From positions 9,124 through 73,123 of the forward strand of contig CACASE010000005.1 of assembly GCA_902535165.1 (NCBI GenBank): 64,000 nt of DNA. The letters run 5' to 3'. The first letter of the stretch is position 1; each line of letters begins with the position of its first letter. Origin of the DNA: an uncultured Bacteroidota bacterium. Lineage in GTDB: Bacteria; Bacteroidota; Bacteroidia; Flavobacteriales; Flavobacteriaceae. Under the pieces are notes generated by a model. That model ran no database searches. It was given only the letters and a program-made list of their open reading frames with translations, and was not told the DNA's origin. Positions 30,765 to 41,021 of the stretch are shown here, piece by piece. The position numbers were made by a program, and so were the translations under genes.

Positions 30765-33179
30765 TTAGAAAGGATAATTGAGACCAATATTAAAAACAGC
30801 TTTTTTAAGGTTAAAATCTTTCAGCCATCTTCTGTTTTTTTCTTGAGCAGGATTGTAAGTTTTTAACCCCATATCTAATCTAAATACAAATAAACCGGAA
30901 TCATATCTTAAACCAAAACCAGACCCGATAGCTAATTCACTTAGGTCTTCAAAACCATTAAATTTTCTATTTTCATCCTCAGTATCGTCCAGTAGGTTCC
31001 AAATATTTCCTATATCAGAAAATAACGCCCCATTAAATCTTCCAAACATTTTAAATCTATATTCAAAGTTCATTGCTATTTTAAAGTTTCCTTCATTGAA
31101 TTCATCTGTTGCTCCACTACTTCCTGGACCTAACCTGTAGACTTCCCATGCTCTGTTATCATTGGAACCGCCAGCAAAAAAAGACTCAGAAAATGGAATA
31201 TTATCAGAATTGCCATATGGAAGTGCAAAACCAATAAAATATCTTGTAGCAAATGTTGAACTCTCTCCTAAATCCCAGTGTTTTATGTAACTAATCTCAG
31301 ATTTCAAGAACTGAGAGAAAGGTAAATCGGAAATTATTTTTTTTCCTTCACCATTTTTATTTGAATTTCCAGTAAATAAGTTTGTTAATAAACCTGCACT
31401 TTGAAAGTTTATTCTCCATTGATTAAAATTAGACTTATCATACCTATTATCGTAATTATTTGATATTGAAAATGATGATCCAATAATTAGATTATTTGTT
31501 GTTAATCTATTTTTCCTATTTGATATGTAATTGATAGTCTTGAGATCGTCTGAATTCAGAACTGATGAAAAAATTGTTGGAACATCATTTAAGAATAAAT
31601 CAATTCCATTTGGAATTTGTAAGTTACCATCACTAAAATACTTTGCATCAGTTGTATATTGTTTAGCTATTTCATTAACTGTCTCATATGAATTTGAGTA
31701 AATATTAAAATAATTTTGAATGTTTTTATTTTTAATTAGCTCAACCTGAGAAATTGAAAAATTAAAAAAATTATCGTTTTTATTCCATGAATAGTTAAAG
31801 TCAAATTTTAAACTATTTCTATCCAAACCAATATTTCTTTGATTCGAGGAACCAAAATTTACATAGGATCTAGGATTTAAGAGATTAGTAGAGTTATTAA
31901 CTTTTTCACCTAAAAAAATAAATTTTGGGAATTTTAAAATCAGATCATAGTTTATTTGAGATATGGTCACATTCCCTGATTTTCCAATAGATCCGGTAGC
32001 GGATAACTCTAGATTCTCTCCATTTTTAAAAATATTTCTGTTTTTTAACCTGCTTTCAAATGAAATTCCAATATCCTCAATATTTGATTGTTTTACATCA
32101 AATCCAAAACCCAAATTATATTTCTTCTTTGAATTTAAAATAATATTTGCCTCTAGCAATTCATCACTACCATTAAAATAATTGTAACTAATTGAAGGGA
32201 AATTAAATAGATCTAGCTTATTAAAATTTTGAATTGTTACTGTTCTCAAGGAGTCATTAAAAGCTGAGTTTTCTTTAAATTTTATCTGATTATTTATAAA
32301 GTCCTTGTTAAAATCTAATTTTTTTTTGTCATAACTAGTAACTGAAACCTTTTTAATTTTATGAACTTTATAATCTTTCCCCTCAATAATAATTTTAATA
32401 GGAAGTGAGAAAATATTATTACTAGAATCAATTTCAACGTCGAAAAAAACAGAATTTATTTGAAAATCATAAATGCCAGAATTTTTAAATAACTTAAATA
32501 ATCTTTCCCTTTCAAGTTGAAAATTTTTAGTCTTAAATAATTCATTTTTTACAAGAAATGATTTATTAACGTTTTTTTTGTAAATAGAATCTAAAGCATT
32601 CGAATCAATTAAGGTGTTTACTTCTCCGATGTAATATTGTGGCCCAGTTGTTACTAAATAATCAACATCTGCATAATTTGTGTTTAGCTCATTGATATTT
32701 ATTTTAAAATCAACTTTATTATTTAAATAGCCTATATTTTGAAAATAAGAATTTAAATTTTTTGCTGTTTCATCAGTTTTTAAAGAATCAATGATTTGAA
32801 TTTCTTCTCCATTCTTTCTTTTCCAATCATTAAAGTTTTTATAATATCCTTTTAGTTGATTTACTTGTTTTTGTGAAAAAACTTTATTTAAACTTTTAGC
32901 TTTATTCCTTTTGGATAACCAATTATTAAAAATACTATCAGTATTATTTTTGGCTGTTGAGTATAGTAATGCACCAACAGGTATACCAATAAAAGTTGAG
33001 TTTTTTTTCTGTAAAAATAGATTATTAAGTGAATCTTTTGGTGTTAAAATATCATTGATGTATAGATTGTTTTTTTTTAAAATTTTTTCATTACTAGTTA
33101 AATTTTTTGAAATTGAACAACCAGATAATAAAGTTGTTATCAAAGTAAATAATACTATTTTTACTTTATAAATTCTCAT
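30765..33179 (-). CDS. Omp85 (BamA/TamA) family outer-membrane protein with lipoprotein signal, TamL-like
   Basis: 804 aa with lipobox TLLSGCS. The C-terminal bacterial-surface-antigen beta-barrel ends in ...VFNIGLNYPF (aromatic terminus), with FFAGGSNDNRAW in the barrel. Confidence 0.75.
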   Translation of the reverse strand: MRIYKVKIVLFTLITTLLSGCSISKNLTSNEKILKKNNLYINDILTPKDSLNNLFLQKKNSTFIGIPVGALLYSTAKNNTDSIFNNWLSKRNKAKSLNKVFSQKQVNQLKGYYKNFNDWKRKNGEEIQIIDSLKTDETAKNLNSYFQNIGYLNNKVDFKININELNTNYADVDYLVTTGPQYYIGEVNTLIDSNALDSIYKKNVNKSFLVKNELFKTKNFQLERERLFKLFKNSGIYDFQINSVFFDVEIDSSNNIFSLPIKIIIEGKDYKVHKIKKVSVTSYDKKKLDFNKDFINNQIKFKENSAFNDSLRTVTIQNFNKLDLFNFPSISYNYFNGSDELLEANIILNSKKKYNLGFGFDVKQSNIEDIGISFESRLKNRNIFKNGENLELSATGSIGKSGNVTISQINYDLILKFPKFIFLGEKVNNSTNLLNPRSYVNFGSSNQRNIGLDRNSLKFDFNYSWNKNDNFFNFSISQVELIKNKNIQNYFNIYSNSYETVNEIAKQYTTDAKYFSDGNLQIPNGIDLFLNDVPTIFSSVLNSDDLKTINYISNRKNRLTTNNLIIGSSFSISNNYDNRYDKSNFNQWRINFQSAGLLTNLFTGNSNKNGEGKKIISDLPFSQFLKSEISYIKHWDLGESSTFATRYFIGFALPYGNSDNIPFSESFFAGGSNDNRAWEVYRLGPGSSGATDEFNEGNFKIAMNFEYRFKMFGRFNGALFSDIGNIWNLLDDTEDENRKFNGFEDLSELAIGSGFGLRYDSGLFVFRLDMGLKTYNPAQEKNRRWLKDFNLKKAVFNIGLNYPF

Positions 33180-33192
33180 TAGATTATTATAC

Positions 33193-33200
33193 CAAAAATA
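33193..33200 (-). promoter_or_regulatory. Bacteroidota-type -7 promoter box (TATTTTTG on minus strand) for the Omp85 gene
   Basis: Plus strand reads CAAAAATA. It lies 13 nt upstream of the ATG at 33179, inside a 32-nt divergent spacer. Confidence 0.4.
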
Positions 33201-33211
33201 CAGTTAAATAA

Positions 33212-33922
33212 ATGGTTACCAAAAATCAAATAAAATTCCTAAAGGGATTGAGTTTAAAAAAAAATAGAATAAAATCAAAAAAAATTATTGTAGAGGGAGA
33301 TAAAATTATTAGGGAATTTATTGACTCTGATTATAAATTGGATAAAGTTTATTCAACTGATCCACTAAAATATCATAATTACCCCTGTCATAAATTATCT
33401 GAAAAAAATTTAGGGTCAATAAGTAATTTAAAAAGTCCTAATGGTGATTTAGCAGTTTTCAATTTAATAGATAAATCAATCAAAAATGAAAGACTTTATA
33501 TTGTTCTTGATGGCATCAATGATCCCGGGAATTTAGGAACAATTATTAGAACATGTGATTGGTTCGGTATTGATCAAATTATTTGCTCAAACAATTCTGT
33601 TGATTGTTTCAATCCTAAAGTAATTCAATCATCTATGGGTTCGCTGTCAAGAGTGAGTGTTTTTTACATGGATATTTTAGAATTTTTAAATTCCAAAAAT
33701 ATCCCTATTTACGGAGCAGTTTTAAATGGTAAGAAATTGAAAAATGAGATCATTGATGATGGCATATTTGTATTTGGATCTGAATCAAATGGTATCTCTG
33801 AAGGTATTTTAAAAAAAATTGAATTTAAAATAAAAATTCCTAAGCATAGTGAAGCTGTAAAAACCGAAAGTCTGAATCTTTCTGTCTCTTTAGGTATTGT
33901 ATTAAGTAAAATAAGAATTTAA
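33212..33922 (+). CDS. TrmH/SpoU family RNA 2'-O-methyltransferase
   Basis: SpoU methylase motifs DGINDPGNLGTIIRTCDWFG, FGSESNGIS and ESLNLSVSLGIVL. Confidence 0.88.
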   Translation: MVTKNQIKFLKGLSLKKNRIKSKKIIVEGDKIIREFIDSDYKLDKVYSTDPLKYHNYPCHKLSEKNLGSISNLKSPNGDLAVFNLIDKSIKNERLYIVLDGINDPGNLGTIIRTCDWFGIDQIICSNNSVDCFNPKVIQSSMGSLSRVSVFYMDILEFLNSKNIPIYGAVLNGKKLKNEIIDDGIFVFGSESNGISEGILKKIEFKIKIPKHSEAVKTESLNLSVSLGIVLSKIRI

Positions 33923-34623
33923 TAAAAGCTAAAATTTATAAAAATAGCTCTAGTAAAAAACTTATCTATATTTCTAGTCCATGGATTATCAGGTGTATTT
34001 TCAGGAATTTCATTTTTCAAAGAGAAAACTCCCCTAACTGACGGTGAAAATTTAAAATACCTTAAATAGAAATCAACACCAAACGCTAATTCATAATAAA
34101 AGTTAAACTTTTCAAATTCAAAGTTATCTAATCCATGATTAGATAATGTCCCCTCAATTTCATTTAAGTTTATTGCGGTTGAAATTCCAGCTTTTAAATA
34201 AGGTCTAAAATTGTCTAATCTTTTTGAACTATACTTTAAAAGCAAGGGTATATGGATGTTATTAGATTTTACAACCCAAAGTGTGTCACCATAATTTGTA
34301 AAGTCCTTCCTTTCATTAAAAATTATATTTTTTTTATTTGCATGTAATCCTGGTTCTAGACTTAAGAATAAATTTTTATTTAATTTGAGCTCTCCTATCA
34401 GCCCAACATTTATACCTTGAGCCCTTTCAACAGAGATTGGGTATGGAGTATTATTTTTGTACTCAACTTTATTATCATATTGATTTAAGCCAATATAGTA
34501 TCCAAATCTTAAGTCTCTTTCATCAAAATTTTGAAGATTTTTAAACTGTGAAAAAATCAAATTACATGATATAAGTAAGAGAAAAATTAATTTTTTTAAC
34601 ACAAAATCAAAGCTAATAAACAA
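33919..34623 (-). CDS. outer-membrane beta-barrel protein, PorT-like
   Basis: 234 aa with signal peptide ...CNLIFSQ, alternating beta-strand pattern and C-terminal aromatic FINFSFY. Size and pattern fit porin/PorT family proteins of Bacteroidota. The family assignment is tentative. Confidence 0.5.
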   Translation of the reverse strand: MFISFDFVLKKLIFLLLISCNLIFSQFKNLQNFDERDLRFGYYIGLNQYDNKVEYKNNTPYPISVERAQGINVGLIGELKLNKNLFLSLEPGLHANKKNIIFNERKDFTNYGDTLWVVKSNNIHIPLLLKYSSKRLDNFRPYLKAGISTAINLNEIEGTLSNHGLDNFEFEKFNFYYELAFGVDFYLRYFKFSPSVRGVFSLKNEIPENTPDNPWTRNIDKFFTRAIFINFSFY

Positions 34624-34666
34624 TTCATTAATAAGTTAAAATTCCTAGTAAATTTCTAAAATCAAG

Positions 34667-34674
34667 TATATTTG
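34667..34674 (+). promoter_or_regulatory. Bacteroidota-type -7 promoter box (TATATTTG) for trkA-trkH
   Basis: Exact TAnnTTTG match 22 nt upstream of the trkA ATG. Confidence 0.5.
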
Positions 34675-34696
34675 CTTGTGAATTAATCTTTCAATA

Positions 34697-36046
34697 ATGA
34701 AAATTGTTATTGCAGGAGCTGGTGAGGTTGGACTACATTTATCGAAATTATTATCTTATGAATCTCATGATATCACATTAATTGATAACAATGAGGTAAA
34801 TCTAAAGGATGGTGAAAATTACCTAGATATAAAAGTTGTTAATGGTGATTCTACATCGCCATCGTCTTTAAAGAATGCAAATGTCTCAGATGCTGATTTG
34901 GTAATTGGAGTTACGGCAAGTGAATCAATTAATTTTTTTACATGTATACTAGCTAAAAAATTAGGTGCTAAAAGAACTATCGCTAGGCTTACAAATACGG
35001 AGTTCATTGAGAATGGAAGCAAGTTTGATTTTTCATCTATTGGAATCGATGAAATTATTTCCCCTGAAAATCTTGCAGTTAATGAAGTTAAATTATTGAT
35101 TAATAATTCAGGGTTTACAAATAGTCATGATTTTGAGGATGGAGCTTTAAATATGATGGCTGCAAAAATTCAGAATGATGCTCCTTTTATTGGAAAAACT
35201 GTGAAAGAAGCAGCTTCAGTTTTTCCTGGTATAAAATTCATGCCTATAACAATTGAAAGAAGTGGAAGTCATTCAGCTATAATTCCAAGAGGGGATACCA
35301 CTTTTAAAAAAGATGATCATGTATATTTTATAACATGTAGTGATGGTATCGATGAATTGTATAATTTGATGGGCACAGAAAGAGATGAAATAGAAAAAAT
35401 TATGATTTTAGGAGGGGGCAGAGTTGGTTATAAAGTTGCTAAAGAACTTAGTAGTGAAGGATATAAGGTTAAATTAGTTGAAATAGATGCAAGCAAGGCA
35501 GAGAATATTGCAAATTCTTTGAGTAATGTTTTAGTCTTAAATATTGATGGGACTAGAGTTGATCTACTAAGCGAAGAAAATTTGGAAGATATGGATGCTT
35601 TTATTGCCACGACAGGTGATTCTCAAAAGAATATTATGTCATGCTTAATGGCTAAATCTAAAAACATTGGTAGAACAATTGCCATTGTTGATAATACCGA
35701 TTACTTTGAACTATCTGAATCTATTGGAGTAGATACATTAATCAATAAAAAATTGTTAGCTGCTAATGAAATTTTTAGATTTATTAGAAAAGGAAATATT
35801 TTAGAACTGAACAAATTAAATAATATGAATGCTGAGGTTCTTGAATTTCTAGTTAATAAAGATTCAAAGGTCAAGGGAAAAAAAATTAGAGATTTAGATT
35901 TTCCAAGGTCAGCAATAATTGGGGGTGTAATAAGAGATGGTGTTGGTAAAATTGCTCTTGGTGATTTTGTAATAAAAAAAGGAGATAGAATATTAGTCTG
36001 TGCACTTTACAATGCAATTGGTAAAGTAGAAAAGTTATTCCTTTAA
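34697..36046 (+). CDS. trkA: Trk system potassium uptake protein TrkA
   Basis: Duplicated RCK architecture with two Rossmann GxGxxG motifs (IAGAGEVG, ILGGGRVG). Adjacent to trkH. Confidence 0.93.
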   Translation: MKIVIAGAGEVGLHLSKLLSYESHDITLIDNNEVNLKDGENYLDIKVVNGDSTSPSSLKNANVSDADLVIGVTASESINFFTCILAKKLGAKRTIARLTNTEFIENGSKFDFSSIGIDEIISPENLAVNEVKLLINNSGFTNSHDFEDGALNMMAAKIQNDAPFIGKTVKEAASVFPGIKFMPITIERSGSHSAIIPRGDTTFKKDDHVYFITCSDGIDELYNLMGTERDEIEKIMILGGGRVGYKVAKELSSEGYKVKLVEIDASKAENIANSLSNVLVLNIDGTRVDLLSEENLEDMDAFIATTGDSQKNIMSCLMAKSKNIGRTIAIVDNTDYFELSESIGVDTLINKKLLAANEIFRFIRKGNILELNKLNNMNAEVLEFLVNKDSKVKGKKIRDLDFPRSAIIGGVIRDGVGKIALGDFVIKKGDRILVCALYNAIGKVEKLFL

Positions 36047-36048
36047 TT

Positions 36049-37551
36049 ATGTCACAACTCAACTATAGACTTATTTCTTACATTATTGGTTTATTGCTTT
36101 TATTTAATGCAACGGCAATTTTTCTAACATCTTTTGTAAGCTATTATTTCAGTGACGGTTTTTTTTCTAATGTGCTAAAATCGGGCATTATATGCTTCGC
36201 TTTAGGTTTGTTGATAATGTTTTTTTCGAAAAATCCCAAAAAGATTATAAATCGTCGCGATGGCTATTTAGTTGTGGTTCTTGGTTGGTTAACAATGGTT
36301 TTTTCAGGAACGTTACCATACATATTTACTAATACAATTGATAATATACCTGATTTGATTTTTGAAACAATGTCAGGTTATACTACAACAGGTTCAAGTA
36401 TTATAAGTGATATTGAAGCACTGCCTGAAAGCATTATTTTTTGGAGAAGCATGACCCATTGGCTCGGCGGAATGGGTATAATAGTTTTAGCAATTGCAAT
36501 ATTACCAATGCTTGGAATAGGAGGTATGCAATTATTTTCAGCTGAAGCACCTGGTAGCGGGATTAGTGGGGATAAAATTCATCCTAGAATTAGCAACACA
36601 GCAAAAAGATTGTGGTTTATTTACTTTGGCTTAACCCTTTTAGAAACTCTTTTATTAAATATTGCAGGAATGAGTTTTTTCGATGCAATTAATCATTCCA
36701 TGAGTAATATAGCAACTGGTGGTTTTTCCACAAAAAATGACAGTTTATCATTTTGGAATTCAATGCCTCAAATACAATACATAATCATTTTTTTTATGAT
36801 TCTTGCTGGAACAAATTTTTTATTAATATATCTCTCATTGATCGGAAAGTTTAAAAAGTTGTTTTACAATACTGAATTCATCTGGTTTTTAGGTTTAATT
36901 GCATCTTTTGTTTTAATAACTACAGTCATTCTTAACTCTAATGTAGACTTAGATTCAACTAATTTTAGTCACCCTCAAGTTCTTGGTAAGTTAGAGGCAA
37001 GTTTTAGACATGCTCTTTTTCAAGTTGTTGCAATTATCACAACAACTGGCTTTGTAACGGGTGATTTTGCTGCTTGGACACCATTTTTGACAATGTTGTT
37101 TTTTGGACTTATGTTTATTGGTGCTTCATCAGGATCAACCTCTGGTGGAATCAAGATTTCAAGACATCTAATCCTTATTAAAAATGGTTTTCTTGAGTTC
37201 AAAAGATCATTACATCCAAACGCAATTTTGCCACTTAGATATAATCATTCAGTCGTAAAAAAGGAAGTTGTAGTAAATATTTTAGCATTTTTCATGTTAT
37301 ACCTAATATTATTTATTGTAGGTGCAGGTGTGTTAAGTACTCAAGGCTTAGATTTTATATCATCAATAGGTGGATCTGCTGCATCATTAGGTAATGTTGG
37401 CCCAGCACTAGGGTCAATTGGTCCAGCTTTTAATTTTGAAAGTATAACTGGATTTTCCAAAGTTTGGTGTGCATTTTTAATGTTAGTTGGCAGGTTAGAG
37501 CTATTTACATTTTTAATAATATTTACGCCATATTTCTGGAAAAATATTTAA
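36049..37551 (+). CDS. trkH: TrkH family potassium transporter
   Basis: 500-aa polytopic protein with selectivity-filter-like repeats (MSGYTTTGSS, NIATGGFST, TTTGFVT, GSTSGGIK). Confidence 0.93.
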   Translation: MSQLNYRLISYIIGLLLLFNATAIFLTSFVSYYFSDGFFSNVLKSGIICFALGLLIMFFSKNPKKIINRRDGYLVVVLGWLTMVFSGTLPYIFTNTIDNIPDLIFETMSGYTTTGSSIISDIEALPESIIFWRSMTHWLGGMGIIVLAIAILPMLGIGGMQLFSAEAPGSGISGDKIHPRISNTAKRLWFIYFGLTLLETLLLNIAGMSFFDAINHSMSNIATGGFSTKNDSLSFWNSMPQIQYIIIFFMILAGTNFLLIYLSLIGKFKKLFYNTEFIWFLGLIASFVLITTVILNSNVDLDSTNFSHPQVLGKLEASFRHALFQVVAIITTTGFVTGDFAAWTPFLTMLFFGLMFIGASSGSTSGGIKISRHLILIKNGFLEFKRSLHPNAILPLRYNHSVVKKEVVVNILAFFMLYLILFIVGAGVLSTQGLDFISSIGGSAASLGNVGPALGSIGPAFNFESITGFSKVWCAFLMLVGRLELFTFLIIFTPYFWKNI

Positions 37552-38735
37552 TGTAATAAATCTTTAATTCTATTTACTGCTGTTATTATATTTTCTTTTG
37601 AAGCTGCATAACTAATTCTGATATTTTTCGGAGAACCAAATGCATCACCTGTAACAGTAGCTACATGAGCTTTTTCTAAAACAAGCATTGCAAAATCTGA
37701 AGCATTTTTGATTGTAACATCACCAATTGTTTTTCCAAAATAATATGATATATCAGGGAAAATATAAAATGCACCATCCGGATTATTTAACTGAAAACCT
37801 TTTATTTCACTTAATAGTTTAATTATTAGATTCTTTCTTTGTTCAAACTCTTTAACCATATACTTAATTTTTTCAGGTGACTCAGTAATTGCTTCAATTG
37901 TCGCCCTTTGAGCAATACAATTAGCCCCACTGGTTACTTGACCTTGCAATTTTGTGCATGCCTTTGCAATCCAGATAGGTGCACCCAAATATCCAATTCT
38001 CCATCCAGTCATAGCAAATGCTTTAGCGATTCCATTAACCGTTATCGTTCTATCATACATTCCTTCAATACTAGCAAAACTTACATGTTCGGTTCCATAA
38101 TTAATGTGTTCATATATTTCATCTGAAAGAACAAATACGTTGGGATATTTTTTCACTACACTTGCTATTTCATATAATTCCTTCTTATTATAAATACTTC
38201 CACTTGGATTATTTGGGGAATTAATAATTATCATTTTTGTTTTTTCAGAAATTGCATCATCAATTTGTTTTGCACTTACTTTAAAATCATTCGAGATATC
38301 ACTTTTTAAAATTTTTGGAATACCATCAGCCATTAAAACAATAGCTGAGTAACTTACCCAAAATGGAGCTAATAATATAACTTCCTCACCTGGTTTTATC
38401 ATTGCCTGAACTACATTAGCAATTGACTGTTTTGCACCAGTTGAGACAACAATTTGATTTGGATTATAAATTATTTTGTTATCTCTATGAAATTTTTTAC
38501 AAATAGCTTCTTTAAGTTCTAAATATCCATCAACGGGTGTATATGAATTATAATTTTGATTGATCGCATCAATTGCTGAATTTTTAATGAAATCTGGGGT
38601 ATTAAAATCAGGTTCTCCCAAACTTAACCCAATTATATCAATTCCGCTATTCTTTAATTCTCTAGCTTTAGCTGCCATAGTTAATGTTGCAGAGGCAGGA
38701 AGGTTATTAATTTTATCAGTCAAATATTCTTTCAT
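37548..38735 (-). CDS. pyridoxal-phosphate-dependent class I aminotransferase (aspartate aminotransferase-like)
   Basis: GEPDF, NSPNNPSG, and the PLP-lysine region NGIAKAFAMTGWRIGY. Confidence 0.9.
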   Translation of the reverse strand: MKEYLTDKINNLPASATLTMAAKARELKNSGIDIIGLSLGEPDFNTPDFIKNSAIDAINQNYNSYTPVDGYLELKEAICKKFHRDNKIIYNPNQIVVSTGAKQSIANVVQAMIKPGEEVILLAPFWVSYSAIVLMADGIPKILKSDISNDFKVSAKQIDDAISEKTKMIIINSPNNPSGSIYNKKELYEIASVVKKYPNVFVLSDEIYEHINYGTEHVSFASIEGMYDRTITVNGIAKAFAMTGWRIGYLGAPIWIAKACTKLQGQVTSGANCIAQRATIEAITESPEKIKYMVKEFEQRKNLIIKLLSEIKGFQLNNPDGAFYIFPDISYYFGKTIGDVTIKNASDFAMLVLEKAHVATVTGDAFGSPKNIRISYAASKENIITAVNRIKDLLH

Positions 38736-38754
38736 AAATTCAAATTATTATTTT

Positions 38755-38762
38755 CAAAGATA
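38755..38762 (-). promoter_or_regulatory. Bacteroidota-type -7 promoter box (TATCTTTG on minus strand) for the aminotransferase gene
   Basis: Plus strand reads CAAAGATA. It lies 19 nt upstream of the ATG at 38735. Confidence 0.4.
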
Positions 38763-38791
38763 TTTAAATTACATTAGTATAATCTGATTAA

Positions 38792-39430
38792 ATGGACCTG
38801 TTAAAAAAATATTTTCCACAAATTACAGAACTTCAAGTTGAAAAATTAATTCTGTTTGAAAAATTAATAAAAGAATGGAATAATAAAATTAATTTAATAT
38901 CAAGAAAAGATGTTGAAAACTTTGAAGTTAATCACTTGTTACATTCTTTAAGCGTTTCAAAATTTATTGAATTTAAAAAAGATACAAAGATATTAGACCT
39001 TGGAACTGGAGGTGGATTACCGGGGATTCCACTATCAATTTTTTTTCCTGATTCAAAATTTAAATTAATTGATAGAAAGAATAAAAAAATTAATGTTTTA
39101 AATGAAATCATCGGAAAACTTGGCATTAATAACGCTTTAGCTCAAAATATTGATATTGTTGATTTAAATCATAGTTATGATTTTATTGTAAATAGGGCTG
39201 TAACTTCCGCTGATAACTTAATTAAATTATGTAAAGGGAAAATAGATTACAAAGGAGAAAATAAAATTAAAAACGGAATAATTTGTCTTAAAGGGGGTAA
39301 TTTAAACTCTGAATTGAAAAACATTGATGAGTTTCAAATAGTTGAATTAAAATCTTTTTTTTCAGAACAATTTTTCGAAACAAAAAAAATACTCTACATA
39401 CCTAATCCATATAATCATACGGATAGCTAG
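38792..39430 (+). CDS. rsmG: 16S rRNA (guanine527-N7)-methyltransferase RsmG
   Basis: WN.KINLIS, SAM motif LDLGTGGGLPGIPL and NRAV. The last ~8 codons overlap the convergent pruA. Confidence 0.92.
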   Translation: MDLLKKYFPQITELQVEKLILFEKLIKEWNNKINLISRKDVENFEVNHLLHSLSVSKFIEFKKDTKILDLGTGGGLPGIPLSIFFPDSKFKLIDRKNKKINVLNEIIGKLGINNALAQNIDIVDLNHSYDFIVNRAVTSADNLIKLCKGKIDYKGENKIKNGIICLKGGNLNSELKNIDEFQIVELKSFFSEQFFETKKILYIPNPYNHTDS

Positions 39431-41021
39431 TTGGAGGATTATGTGTCCTGCTCACTAATCTAGGACTAACCCATCTCAATAAATTAAGCTTTGAACCTGC
39501 TTTATCATCCGTTCCTGATGCCCTACACCCACCAAAAGGTTGTTGACCTACAACAGCTCCGGATGGTTTATCATTAACATAAAAATTACCTGCACTGTAT
39601 TTTAATTTATTAAGTGCAAGTTTAATACTCTTTTCATCTTGAGAAATAAATGCACCTGTTAAAGCATAATCAGACGTTTTATCAACAATGTCTAGCATCT
39701 CTTCCCAATTTTTATCATCATATATATACAGAGTAACGACAGGTCCAAATATTTCTTCTTTCATTGTTTTAAATTGGTGGTTCGTAGTTAATATAATTGT
39801 AGGTTCAACAAAATATCCTACTGAATCATCATAATTTCCTCCAATGAGAATTTCACACTCATCACTTGACTTTGCATAATCTATATAGCCTGATATTCTT
39901 TCAAATGCACCCTTATGTATTACTGCTGTCATGAAATTGTTAAAATCAATTGGTGAGCCCATTTTAATGGTTTTTGTTTCATCAACAACCTTGTTAATTA
40001 GATCGTTCGAAATTGAATTTGGGATATATATTCTTGATGCTGCAGAACACTTTTGACCTTGGTATTCAAATGCGCCTCTAATTATAGCTGTAGAAGTTGC
40101 ATCAATATTTGCACTTGGGTGACAAAAAATAAAATCTTTACCACCAGTTTCTCCAACGATTCTTGGATAATCTCTGTAGAGATTTATATTATTTCCTATT
40201 TTTTTCCATAAATCTCTAAAAACAGATGTTGATCCAGTGAAATGTAGTCCAGAAAATTCAGGATGTTTAAGAGCAATATCAGTTATCATTTCAGGGTCTC
40301 CTGTAACCATATTAATAACTCCATCAGGAAGACCAGCTTCTTTAAAAATATCCATGGTTATTTTTGCAGTAAGTACTTGATTATCGCTTGGTTTCCATAA
40401 GACAACATTCCCCATTAATGCAGCACTTGCACACAAATTACCACCAATAGCAGTAAAATTAAATGGAGTCACTGAATAAACAAACCCCTCAAGTGGTCTA
40501 TATTCAAGATGATTCGATTTTCCTGGGCCATTAATCGGTTGTTCATTATATATTTCAGTTAGGTATGAAACATTAAATTTTAAAAAATCAACAAATTCAC
40601 ATGCTGCATCAATTTCAGCTTGAAATATATTTTTTGATTGACCTATCATAGTCCCAGCTGTAATTTTAGCTCTATAATCTTTAGAAATTAGATCAGCTGC
40701 TTTTAAAAATATTTCACATCTTTTTTCCCACGGAGTTTCGGACCAAGACTTTTTATTTTCAAGTAAATTTTTTATTGCATCATTTACATGATTTTCGTTT
40801 GACTGGGAATATGTCCCAACTATGTTCTTGTGATCGTGAGGTGGGTGAATATTTTTTCTGTCATTAGTTAATATTTCTTCACTTCCAATGTATAGTGGAA
40901 TATCAATTTTAGAATTAAACATTTCATTGTAGGTTTTTTCAACATTTAACCTTTCTTTTGAACCTTTTTTATAACCTAGCACAGGTTCATTTTCAGCTTC
41001 GTAAATTTTTACTTTGTTCAT
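39402..41021 (-). CDS. pruA: L-glutamate gamma-semialdehyde (1-pyrroline-5-carboxylate) dehydrogenase
   Basis: Aldehyde dehydrogenase fold with FTGSTSVF, ETGGKD and catalytic Cys in QGQKCSAASR. The length (539 aa) and N-terminal extension are typical of PruA. Confidence 0.9.
   Translation of the reverse strand: MNKVKIYEAENEPVLGYKKGSKERLNVEKTYNEMFNSKIDIPLYIGSEEILTNDRKNIHPPHDHKNIVGTYSQSNENHVNDAIKNLLENKKSWSETPWEKRCEIFLKAADLISKDYRAKITAGTMIGQSKNIFQAEIDAACEFVDFLKFNVSYLTEIYNEQPINGPGKSNHLEYRPLEGFVYSVTPFNFTAIGGNLCASAALMGNVVLWKPSDNQVLTAKITMDIFKEAGLPDGVINMVTGDPEMITDIALKHPEFSGLHFTGSTSVFRDLWKKIGNNINLYRDYPRIVGETGGKDFIFCHPSANIDATSTAIIRGAFEYQGQKCSAASRIYIPNSISNDLINKVVDETKTIKMGSPIDFNNFMTAVIHKGAFERISGYIDYAKSSDECEILIGGNYDDSVGYFVEPTIILTTNHQFKTMKEEIFGPVVTLYIYDDKNWEEMLDIVDKTSDYALTGAFISQDEKSIKLALNKLKYSAGNFYVNDKPSGAVVGQQPFGGCRASGTDDKAGSKLNLLRWVSPRLVSRTHNPPTSYPYDYMD

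Noticed and set aside
38776-38781. TATAAT hexamer upstream of rsmG as a sigma-70 -10 element.
   Set aside because: Bacteroidota primary sigma factors use TAnnTTTG rather than TATAAT, and TATAAT occurs frequently by chance in AT-rich DNA.
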